Assembly: GCF_000698575.1 (NCBI RefSeq)
Contig: NZ_JFHD01000037.1
Span: forward strand, 42,592 to 66,591
DNA length: 24,000 bases
Source: Caballeronia zhejiangensis
GTDB lineage: Bacteria > Pseudomonadota > Gammaproteobacteria > Burkholderiales > Burkholderiaceae
Reading direction: 5' to 3'
Shown here: positions 16,384-24,000 of the stretch, in pieces
Layout of the letters: each line of letters opens with the position of its first letter
Numbering within the stretch: the stretch's first letter is position 1
The notes under the pieces: model-generated
What the model was told of the DNA's origin: nothing
What the model saw: the letters and a program-made list of their open reading frames with translations, nothing else
Databases searched by the model: none
Translations under genes and position numbers: made by a program

Positions 16384-16407
16384 TATGGCTTGTTAGCTTT
16401 TCTCCAT

Positions 16408-16435
16408 CAGTTGCGAACATCCATGTTTGCAACTG
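16408..16435 (+). repeat. 28-bp near-perfect palindrome CAGTTGCGAACAT-cc-ATGTTTGCAACTG
   Basis: 13-nt arms with one mismatch, which would be a G-U pair in RNA. It ends 8 nt before the AGGAGA SD (16444-16449) of the DUF4148 gene that starts at 16458. Confidence 0.6.
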
Positions 16436-16457
16436 GAATCTCTAGGAGAACCTGATC

Positions 16458-16775
16458 ATGAAACTGCTTCTCACATCTATTATCGTCGCCACACTGGCCT
16501 CCCCGATTGCGTCGATTGCGCAAACAGCCCAGCCACAGCTGAGCCGCGCACAGGTGCGCGCTGACCTCCGACAGATCGAGCAGGCCGGGTACAACCCCGC
16601 CCGCCGCGACGATGTCAGCTATCCAGCGGACATTCAAGCAGCCGAAATGCGCGTTGCAGCGCGAGACGGCTTGGATGGCGGTAGATCGAGCATGGGAGGC
16701 GCTCCGACTTCCACTTCCGAATCGGGTCACGCTACCGCGAATCACGGTCGGAATTCGCTCTTCAGTCACCATTGA
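16458..16775 (+). CDS. DUF4148 domain-containing secreted protein (paralog 2)
   Basis: AGGAGA SD lies 8 nt upstream. Signal peptide MKLLLTSIIVATLASPIASIAQ, core LSRAQVRADLRQIEQAGYNP...YPADIQAAEMR, and a C-terminus SLFSHH that matches SLYSHH in paralog 1. Confidence 0.85.
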   Translation: MKLLLTSIIVATLASPIASIAQTAQPQLSRAQVRADLRQIEQAGYNPARRDDVSYPADIQAAEMRVAARDGLDGGRSSMGGAPTSTSESGHATANHGRNSLFSHH

Positions 16776-17193
16776 TCCGAGCGAAGTCGTTCGTGGGGGG
16801 AAGCTTGAGAAAGAGCAGCGGAAACACTGTCGTCCGCGTGGCGTCCGCCGTCACGACAACGTAGCCACACGGCGCAGGTCCGACGGCGGTTCTCTGGAAA
16901 CCCCAGAAAGTTTGCACGGCGAGACGAGGCCGCCGCCATTGGTGGAGACCGAAGCCCTCGTGCACGTCGGACAGTCATCCGTTGGATAGTCATCGAATGA
17001 CGCCCTCGATGCAAGGGAGGCAATCCTTAAATCTCCGCGGCCCAGGATTGAGCGGATTGTTGACCTGCCTCGCTGTGCACACCAACGATTCGCACGGGAG
17101 AGTTGTTGAAGTGCTCAGCTCGCATCGAGCGTTAGCCGGCGATCGCTCGTGTCTATTTGACGGGGCTCTTCGCTGGTACATCAGGAGCTGGCA

Positions 17194-17451
17194 ATGAGAA
17201 GCTCGTTGACATTTACGTTGGCGTTGCTGCTTGCGGTGGCGGGCGCGTCGAGGCTTAAAGCGCAGGAGATTCAAGGAAAGACACGGCAGCAGGTCATAGA
17301 GGAGACCAGACAGGCGTGGGTAGACGGATGGCTTCCCTATAACCGACACGACTATCCGTTTAGCGCAGCAACGATTGAACGAAATAAGGAGCGGTATCAG
17401 AGGCTTCACCCTGGTGTCAGAGCGAAAAGCCCTTGGCTTGGCCATGGATGA
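17194..17451 (+). CDS. DUF4148-like small secreted protein (paralog 3, divergent)
   Basis: CAGGAG SD. Signal peptide MRSSLTFTLALLLAVAGASRLKAQ, then KTRQQVIEETRQAWVDGWLPYNRHDYPFSAATIERNKERY, resembling the DUF4148 pattern (tR.qV..El..A...G.lp....YP.sa). Confidence 0.7.
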   Translation: MRSSLTFTLALLLAVAGASRLKAQEIQGKTRQQVIEETRQAWVDGWLPYNRHDYPFSAATIERNKERYQRLHPGVRAKSPWLGHG

Positions 17452-17873
17452 GCAAAGCGATCCAAGCGCGGCAACATTGTGGTCCGAGGTCGGCCTGCCT
17501 CTGCGAGATACGGGGGGGCGCACCGATCATCTCTGGTTTAGAGAGCACGGATAGCGACTCAGCGCCGCAAACGGGCCTATCGCTGCCTTACCAGGGAGCA
17601 TGGATGCGAATGTGCGCGTCGTCGGTCGTCAAGCCCGCCCCTCTGGTGTATATCCGATTTAACGGGTGGCGGGTGCACCGACGTGCGCCCACGTCGGCTC
17701 TGGGTATCCCGCGTTTTGTTGATCTCGCGCAACTCGTGGCACGTGCGACACACTTATTCTGGTGTGCGGACTCGTCGGCAAAAGAGAACACGGGGCGCGA
17801 CAACTCGGAAACGGTGAACGGCGAGCGCACCAAAGTGCGCCAGGGTTCAGCAAATTGGCGATCAGGAAAACCA

Positions 17874-18092
17874 ATGTTCAAACGAATAATGGTTGGGATC
17901 GATGGAAGCCAGGCCGCCATCGGGGCACTCGCCGAGGCAATCCGCCTTGGGGAGAGCGAAAGCGCTACTGTTCGTGCTGTCAGTGTCGTCGAACCCGAGG
18001 CCGACACGATCACCCCGTTCTCCGGCTTCGGTCACCCAGTGCCGGTTGCTCGATCACTTCGGGACGCGGCGCAGGCTGGGCTCGCGCCATGA
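17874..18092 (+). pseudogene. Universal stress protein (UspA family) N-terminal fragment, 72 codons
   Basis: AGGAAA SD, then [41 protein letters not shown], the typical Usp beta1-alpha1-beta2. The ORF stops after 72 aa, before the C-terminal G-x2-G-x9-G(S/T) ATP-binding region. Its TGA overlaps the PPK2 ATG (ATGA). It could instead be a genuine short ORF. Confidence 0.55.
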
Positions 18093-19000
18093 CGGAGATC
18101 AATTCAGAAAATTTTCGCGTTCGCGAGGCCGACGAGGTCGATCTTGACAAGTGGCCGACGCGCGTCAAGCCCGCCTATAAATCGAAGGATGAATATCGCG
18201 CGATGCTGGGAGACCACACAGGAAGGCTTGTCAAACTTCAAGACTTGCTCTACGCGGACAAGCGTTATGCGGTGCTATTCATCTTTCAGGCGATGGACGC
18301 TGCAGGAAAGGATGGGGCGATCAAACACGTCATGTCGGGCGTCAACCCTCAGGGTTGCCAGGTGTTCAGCTTCAAACATCCAAGCACGGAGGAACTCCAG
18401 CACGATTTCCTTTGGCGCACCACTCGCGACCTCCCCGAGCGCGGCCGTATCGGTATCTTCAACCGGTCGTACTACGAGGAGGTTCTGATCCTGCGGGTGC
18501 ATCCTGAAATTCTGCAAGGCGAAAGACTATCGACCGGCTGCGGCCGGGGCGAGGCGCTCTGGATGGGCAGGTACCGGTCCATCAAGGATCTCGAAGATCA
18601 TCTGTATCGGAATGACACGCGTATCGTGAAATTCTTCCTGCACCTCTCGAAGGAGGAACAGCGCAGGCGCTTCCTCGCTCGCATTGACGAGCCGAACAAG
18701 AACTGGAAATTCAGCACGGCGGACATTGAGGAGAGGAAGTTCTGGGGGCAGTACATGGATGCGTATGAAAGGTGCATGAGTGCGACGAGCACGGACTCCG
18801 CCCCATGGTACATCGTGCCCGCGGATGACAAGGAGGACGCGCGGCTTATCGTGTCGCAAATCATTCTCGATACGCTGGACACCTTGAAATTGCAGTACCC
18901 GGCGACGACTGAGGCGCGACGTAAGGAGCTGTTGGAGATTCGCGAACAGCTCGCTCAAGAGAATGACACTTCACGAGATCTGTCAGTTCGGACTGCCTGA
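18089..19000 (+). CDS. ppk2: Polyphosphate kinase 2 family protein (polyphosphate:nucleotide phosphotransferase)
   Basis: 303 aa from ATG 18089 (MTEINSENF...). P-loop-like [16 protein letters not shown] is present, along with [26 protein letters not shown] and [11 protein letters not shown], all PPK2 hallmarks. The 412-aa track ORF from 17762 carries a spurious Arg-rich extension. Confidence 0.92.
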   Translation: MTEINSENFRVREADEVDLDKWPTRVKPAYKSKDEYRAMLGDHTGRLVKLQDLLYADKRYAVLFIFQAMDAAGKDGAIKHVMSGVNPQGCQVFSFKHPSTEELQHDFLWRTTRDLPERGRIGIFNRSYYEEVLILRVHPEILQGERLSTGCGRGEALWMGRYRSIKDLEDHLYRNDTRIVKFFLHLSKEEQRRRFLARIDEPNKNWKFSTADIEERKFWGQYMDAYERCMSATSTDSAPWYIVPADDKEDARLIVSQIILDTLDTLKLQYPATTEARRKELLEIREQLAQENDTSRDLSVRTA

Positions 19001-19189
19001 CTGTCGCTTAGGAACATGACTAGCCTAATCGAACGAAGGCGATACTCGGGAGCGTCGCCATCCAAGGAACACACCTGAAGATAAGTCTCCTCCGTTTGAC
19101 GCATGAGACGCCGGACTCGCGCCACGCGATGCTTTAGCGAACTTACGGTCAACAAGCCTCGGCTTTCCTATCTGGGACATTGACTTTCG

Positions 19190-21571
19190 ATGGCAACCGC
19201 CGCTCATAGTCACACCGGGTTTGGACAAGTACCACCAGCGCTTCAGACCACCGATCATTCGATGGGTCTCGGTTCGGCGGAGGTGCAGCGTCGCCTTCAG
19301 CAGTTCGGCGCTAACGCTATCGAGGATGCTCGCACGCCACTATGGCAGCAGTTCCTCGGCAAGCTCTGGGGACCCGTGCCCTGGATGCTCGAAGCGGTGA
19401 TCGCGCTTCAGATTCTGCTCCGGCGCGACCAGGAGGCGTTTGTCATTTTATTTCTGCTCGCGTTCAACGCGATTGTCACCTTCTTGCAGGAGCGTCGCGC
19501 GCAGAATGCTCTGACCCTGTTGCGCCACCAACTGCAGGTCAGCGCGCGCGTGCTGCGCGACGCAGGGTGGAGGCGCTTGGCGGCCGCGCAGCTGGTGCCC
19601 GGCGACGTAGTACACGTGCGAGCAGGTGATCTTGTTCCGGCCGATCTCGTGCTATTCGACGGAGCAGTCGTACTCGACCAATCGGCGCTGACCGGAGAAT
19701 CCCTCGCCGTCGATGCAGGCCCCGGGCAACCTGCGTACGCCGGTTCCGTTGTGCGCCAGGGCGAAGCCAGCGGCGAGGTCACCGCCACCGGATCACGCAC
19801 CTACTTCGGACGGACCGCGGAGCTGGTCCGCACGTCCAGCGCGCCCAGCCATATGCAGCGAACGATTTTTTCGATCGTCAAGCGTTTGGTCGGGTTCGAT
19901 CTTGTGCTTATCGCGTTCGTCGTCTTCTATGCCGCGACGCATGATCTCCCGATGGCCGATACCGTGGTGTACACGTTGTTGCTACTTGTCGCATCGGTTC
20001 CTGTTGCGTTGCCGGCGACTTATACGCTAGCCACGGCCGTCGCCAGTACTCGCTTGGCGAAACAAGGTGTGCTGGTTACCCGGCTTCCCGCGGTAGAGGA
20101 AGCGGCAGCGATGGACACCTTGCTCTCGGACAAGACTGGCACGCTGACACAGAACGTCCTGTCGGTCACAGAGGTGAAAGCGCTGGCCGCCGTCGACGAC
20201 GCCGAAGTCTTACGCGCTGCGGCGCTGGCGAGCGATGAGGCCTCTCAGGATCCGTTGGACCTGGCAATTCTCGCCGCTTACAAAGCTGGTGAGCCGACCG
20301 AGCCCCTGCCCAAACGCATCAGCTTTCGGCCGTTCGATCCGGCGACGCGCTCAAGCGAAGGAGTCTATGCAGTTGACGGCGACGAGTGGCGCGTGTTGAA
20401 GGGCGCGGCTAGCGCGGTATTCGCCCAATGCGGAACCGACGCAGCCCAACGCGAAACCGCGCAGGCAGCACAGCAGGTGCTTGCAGAGGGCGGTGCGCGC
20501 GTGCTGGCGATCGCGGCCGGCCCGGCAGGGGCCATTCGGCTTCTCGGTTTGCTCAGTCTGGCCGATCCGCCACGGGTCGACGCAGCAAGACTGATTGCGA
20601 AACTCGGCCAACTCGGTGTGCGCGTGATTATGGCAACCGGCGACGCCCTGGAGACGGCACGAGCCATCGGAAAGCAACTCGGTGTCGGGACGCGCGTCTG
20701 TGTGGCCTGTAGCGGCGACCTAAGTCAACCAGAGCACTGCGATATCTTCGCCCGAGTACTGCCCCAAGACAAGCATGCAATCGTACGGGCTTTGCAACAG
20801 GCTGAACATGTCACGGGCATGACGGGCGATGGTGTCAATGACGCGCCGGCGCTTCGGCAGGCCGAACTTGGTATAGCCGTCGCCAGCGCGACGGACGTAG
20901 CGAAGGCTGCAGCCGGCATAGTCCTGACGGATCCAGGTTTATCTGGCATCCTTACCGTTATCACCATGGGGCGCGATGTGCACCGTCGCATGCTGACTTA
21001 CATTCTTAACAAAATCGTGAAGACGCTTGAGATTGTCGTGTTTCTCACGCTCGGTCTTTGGCTGACCGGCGGCTTCGTGATCTCGGCGCGTTTGATCGTG
21101 CTGCTGCTGTTTGCCAACGACTTTGTGACGATGAGCATCGCGGTTGACCGGGTGCGGCCGGCGAGCCACCCTCAGCGCTGGCAAGTCGGACAGCTCGTCG
21201 GAGCTGCTGCTCTGCTCGCTGCGGTCTCGCTTGTTTTCTCGCTATCGTTGTACGGCCTCGCACGCACCCAGTTAGGTCTGACCTCGACGCAGATGCAAAC
21301 TGCGGTGTTCCTGATGCTGGTATTCACGACCCAGGCCAACGTTTATGTACTGCGCAACGATGGCCGGTTATGGACATTGGCCCCGGGATTTGCCATGGCA
21401 TCTGCCAGCGTTGCAGACGTGATGCTCATTAGTGTAATGGCCGTGACTGGGACGCTGATGACGCCGATTCCGATCGAACTGGTCATCGTCATGGTCGGCG
21501 TCGTTGCGCTCTTCGCGCTTGTTCTCGACCAAGTCAAGCGGATCGTGTTTCAACGCTTCTCGCTCACTTGA
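19190..21571 (+). CDS. P-type ATPase, type IIIA (plasma-membrane H+-ATPase-like)
   Basis: 793-aa ORF with TGES (ALTGESLAV), a TM4 segment ASVPVALPATYTLATAV, the phosphorylation site SDKTGTLT, and MTGDGVNDAPALRQAELGIAV. It is strongly collinear with plant/fungal PMA-type pumps. The start is uncertain: ATG 19190 or ATG 19262, neither with a clear SD. Confidence 0.9.
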   Translation: MATAAHSHTGFGQVPPALQTTDHSMGLGSAEVQRRLQQFGANAIEDARTPLWQQFLGKLWGPVPWMLEAVIALQILLRRDQEAFVILFLLAFNAIVTFLQERRAQNALTLLRHQLQVSARVLRDAGWRRLAAAQLVPGDVVHVRAGDLVPADLVLFDGAVVLDQSALTGESLAVDAGPGQPAYAGSVVRQGEASGEVTATGSRTYFGRTAELVRTSSAPSHMQRTIFSIVKRLVGFDLVLIAFVVFYAATHDLPMADTVVYTLLLLVASVPVALPATYTLATAVASTRLAKQGVLVTRLPAVEEAAAMDTLLSDKTGTLTQNVLSVTEVKALAAVDDAEVLRAAALASDEASQDPLDLAILAAYKAGEPTEPLPKRISFRPFDPATRSSEGVYAVDGDEWRVLKGAASAVFAQCGTDAAQRETAQAAQQVLAEGGARVLAIAAGPAGAIRLLGLLSLADPPRVDAARLIAKLGQLGVRVIMATGDALETARAIGKQLGVGTRVCVACSGDLSQPEHCDIFARVLPQDKHAIVRALQQAEHVTGMTGDGVNDAPALRQAELGIAVASATDVAKAAAGIVLTDPGLSGILTVITMGRDVHRRMLTYILNKIVKTLEIVVFLTLGLWLTGGFVISARLIVLLLFANDFVTMSIAVDRVRPASHPQRWQVGQLVGAAALLAAVSLVFSLSLYGLARTQLGLTSTQMQTAVFLMLVFTTQANVYVLRNDGRLWTLAPGFAMASASVADVMLISVMAVTGTLMTPIPIELVIVMVGVVALFALVLDQVKRIVFQRFSLT

Positions 21572-21737
21572 TCAATGACTGTAAGCGCAGGTCTTGCGTT
21601 CAGACATTGCGTGCTGCTCCGAGGGTAACGGAGTTCGGCCTAAGGGGACTAGTATGGCCGCTCGCTAAGGCCGCACAAGGGTGAGGGTGCCTCTGTCGCG
21701 ACCGGGTAATAACAAATGATTCAAATTGGGGTGATCG

Positions 21738-22862
21738 TCAGGAAACCGACACGCCGAGGAGACGTCCGACACCAAATGTAAAAGCCGCCGCTGCAAGACC
21801 AATGACGATCTGACGAACTGCGGAGAAACCTGCGCTTCTTCCGTTGAATAGCGACGTAAAGACCCCGATCGCTGCAAGCGCAAGGACGCTCAACCCGATG
21901 CATTGCACAATCGCGAATTGACCAGAAGACCATAGGAATGGCATCGCAGGAAAGACCGCCCCGACGGCGAAAAGACAAAATGACACTCCTGCCGCGGACC
22001 ATGGATTCCCGCCTAGCTCGGCTGGATCGAGGCCAAGCTCTTCGCGCGTGAGGGCATCGAGCGCTTTGTCCTTATCTCTCATGATTTGTGACGCGACGCG
22101 ACTTGCTTCTTCGCTGTCGAGCCCCTTCGCCCGATAGATCAAGCGAAGCTCATGCTCTTCTGCTTCAGGCGTGTGCTCCAATTCGTCGGCTTCTTTTTGG
22201 ATCTGTGTCTTCGCCAGCTCCCGGGCATTGGTGACCGATAGCCATTCACCCAGCGCCATGGAGCAGGCGCCGGCAATGATACCGGCAAGTGCCGTCAGGA
22301 GAATCGCCTTGTTTTGGGTACCTGCGCCCGCAACACCCATAATCAGGCAGAAGTTCGACACCAACCCATCGTTGGCACCGAGCACAGCAGCGCGAAGATC
22401 GTTGCCAGAGGATACGCCCCTGTGCCACGACTCGGCATTGGCGATTTCGGCGCCTTTTGTCGCGGCAGGCTTGCCATCGTTCGCCATTGCCTGAACGACG
22501 CTGGCGTGGTGGTGCTCGTCTGCTGACATCTTAGCCGTGTCAGGATTGCCGGCATATTTGTTCCGATCTGCGAATTCAGCGGCAGCGAGCGACGGGAGGA
22601 CAAAGCGTGGGCCGAACGCGCGGACCAGCGCCTTCATCAGTCCCGTCTTAATGCTTGGGCCTGTGCGAACACGTTGATGGTTAGCTCGAAGCTTATCTGC
22701 CCACACTTGAGCGTGCTGCCGCTCCGATGAGGCCAATTCCGCGAATGTCCGCTTTCGGTCCGCCTCCTTTTCGACGCGGGCGAGAGTCTCGTAGATCGCT
22801 GCGCTGTGCAACTCATCAGCTAAGTTTGCGCGATAGCGTCGTAGTTCGTTTTTCGATGCCAT
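21738..22862 (-). CDS. mbfA: MbfA-like protein: N-terminal ferritin-like (erythrin) domain fused to a VIT1/CCC1 iron transporter domain
   Basis: From ATG 22862 the sequence reads MASKNELRRYRANLADELHSAAIYE...SSERQHAQVW (two ExxH motifs), then RAAVLGANDGLVSNFCLIMGVAGA and C-terminal TM helices typical of VIT1. The 48 upstream codons of the track ORF look spurious. Confidence 0.87.
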   Translation of the reverse strand: MASKNELRRYRANLADELHSAAIYETLARVEKEADRKRTFAELASSERQHAQVWADKLRANHQRVRTGPSIKTGLMKALVRAFGPRFVLPSLAAAEFADRNKYAGNPDTAKMSADEHHHASVVQAMANDGKPAATKGAEIANAESWHRGVSSGNDLRAAVLGANDGLVSNFCLIMGVAGAGTQNKAILLTALAGIIAGACSMALGEWLSVTNARELAKTQIQKEADELEHTPEAEEHELRLIYRAKGLDSEEASRVASQIMRDKDKALDALTREELGLDPAELGGNPWSAAGVSFCLFAVGAVFPAMPFLWSSGQFAIVQCIGLSVLALAAIGVFTSLFNGRSAGFSAVRQIVIGLAAAAFTFGVGRLLGVSVS

Positions 22863-23497
22863 AGAGGCTATGCCATGGGATAGACGTAAGACTTTAACCC
22901 GGAAGTGCTTCAATGCGCCGGCAAGACCCTTGGTGCGCCTATAACCAAGAATGGCAATGGTTCGTATTTGCGGACGTCCTTGTCGAGAAAGATGCGATCC
23001 ACGCATCGATTCCGGCTAGACGCTATGGGTTTCTTAAGAATCGCCGACTACAATCACGGCACTGGTTGCTCGAGAAGCCCCCCTCTCGGTGGCGAAGCTC
23101 TCACATACAAGGTCCGTCTTGAAGCGAGATCTCGTCCGCATCGTTCGTGCGCATACAAAGCCGCAGCGCTAGCAGCGATGCTGATGCAACTTACTGAACT
23201 CGCCACTATTCAATGTTTTGGGATTCCGGAGAGGATCTTTGAGCCGCCCCGATTTAGGCTGGCGGTTGCTGCGGCGATGGTCGCATTCGTTGGCGCGTCG
23301 CGGCTTGTCAGCTATCTCGCGTACACGAGTATCAACTGTATCGTCAACGTCGATGCCCGAAACGATTCACCTGACAGCCGAGGCGCGGTAATGCGATTCT
23401 TGAGCCAAATGCATCGTGACTTTACAGGCTCAGCGCCGGCGGCTCCAATTGACCCTGACGCCAGATCCTAACCAATTTGTCCTTTCCGATCGAGCTT

Positions 23498-24000
23498 ATG
23501 CAGCGCAACCAGCTATCCAACGCTACCGACACCGTCACTCGAATTGCAGCGGGCGATGACCGTACGACGTACGATTACACTTCAATCTTCCTCCACTGGT
23601 TAACAGTCGGTTTGGTCCTCGCGCAATTTGGGCTGGCGCAGATCTGGGAATATCGTTCCGCGGCCAACCCGGCATCTCATGATCGTGGCGCACATGTCGC
23701 TGGGCATTCTCTTGTCGGCGGTGATTGTGCTGCGGATCGTTTGGCGTCTATCGCCAGGACACGAGACGCCGCCCGCCACAGCCGGTTGGACAGAGCGTGC
23801 GGCCCAGGCGATTCACTATCTGCTCTATGGTCTGTTGGTTTCAGAGGCGGTGCTTGGTTTTGTTCTCCGTTGGTCGGGAAACGAGTCCATAAGCTTCTTC
23901 GGACTGCTGCTCCCACCACCGTTTGCACCTTTCAGTAAGTCAGTTCATCACGACATCGGGGAGGCACACGAATTCATCGCATGGACGATCATTGTGATGT
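23498..24000 (+). pseudogene. Second cytochrome b561 (CybB-like) gene, frameshifted, 3' end beyond the window
   Basis: The frame from ATG 23498 gives ...YDYTSIFLHWLTVGLVLAQFGLAQIWEY and then becomes non-family sequence. The family sequence VPRPTRHLMIVAHMSLGILLSAVIVLRIVWRL...AIHYLLYGLL...EAHEFIAWTIIVM continues in the +1 frame from 23655 to the window end. E. coli CybB has FPRSDRPLINMIHVSCGI at the equivalent position. One extra base sits near 23654. Confidence 0.7.

Noticed and set aside
16990-17523. 177-aa minus-strand ORF antisense to DUF4148 paralog 3
   Set aside because: It has no SD and no family resemblance, whereas the plus-strand gene it overlaps has a signal peptide, an SD and the DUF4148 pattern.
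17433-17873. Upstream 147 codons of the 219-aa ORF 17433..18092
   Set aside because: Only the last 72 codons, from the ATG at 17874 with an AGGAAA SD, look like a protein (Usp N-terminus). The upstream part has no SD and no recognisable domain.
17762-18088. N-terminal extension of the 412-aa ORF containing PPK2
   Set aside because: The extension is Arg/Gly-rich, has no family similarity and overlaps the Usp fragment in another frame. PPK2 homology begins at MTEINSENF (18089).
21636-21673. Imperfect inverted repeat CGGCCTAAG...CTAAGGCCG in the convergent gap between the ATPase and mbfA-like genes
   Set aside because: It has a 20-nt loop, one mismatch and no flanking T-run on either strand, so it is not convincing as a bidirectional terminator.
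22905-23471. 188-aa ORF filling the gap between the mbfA-like gene and the second b561 gene
   Set aside because: Its 5' end overlaps the mbfA-like coding region and upstream region on the opposite strand. Third codon positions that I checked (23163-23220) are mostly A/T, which is atypical for genes in this window. There is no SD and no family resemblance. A short real ORF within it cannot be excluded.
1-24000. Looked for CRISPR arrays, tRNA/rRNA genes, integrase or att sites, toxin-antitoxin pairs and known defence-system genes
   Set aside because: I found no regularly spaced repeats, no tRNA-like T-arm (GGTTCGAATCC-type) in a cloverleaf context, and no ORFs with nuclease, ATPase or other defence signatures.

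Overview
This is a high-GC, Burkholderiaceae-like accessory region. That taxon call is an inference from three DUF4148 genes, the codon bias and the gene families present. All coordinates, motif scans and alignments were done by eye and need computational confirmation.

Minus strand, 0.6-10.3 kb: one long operon encoding an OmpR-type response regulator, a sensor kinase, an outer-membrane factor lipoprotein, a periplasmic adaptor, a CusA/CzcA-family RND permease, and an unusual DedA + PAP2-like + LssY_C fusion protein whose PAP2 catalytic residues all appear substituted. A complete IS5-family element (10363-11708) sits 24 bp upstream of this operon's first gene, with its transposase in the same orientation.

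11.8-12.8 kb: a visibly more AT-rich cytochrome b562/b561 gene pair.

13.5-17.5 kb: a second two-component system, preceded by a co-operonic DUF4148 gene and flanked by two more DUF4148 paralogs.

Most interesting signal: around this second system I found the only three exact NTTAAN-N5-NTTAAN (PmrA-box-like) direct repeats in the window, all in non-coding DNA. Two lie about 75-83 bp upstream of DUF4148 genes. The third is an orphan in a 680-bp gene-less gap, about 245 nt upstream of a clean minus-strand intrinsic terminator, which suggests an unannotated small transcript.

17.9-24 kb: a stress-type cluster with a truncated universal stress protein overlapping a PPK2 gene, a type IIIA P-type ATPase, an MbfA-like ferritin-VIT1 protein and a frameshifted second cytochrome b561.

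A multiply disrupted DUF1259 remnant lies at the 5' end. I saw no tRNA, rRNA or CRISPR array.
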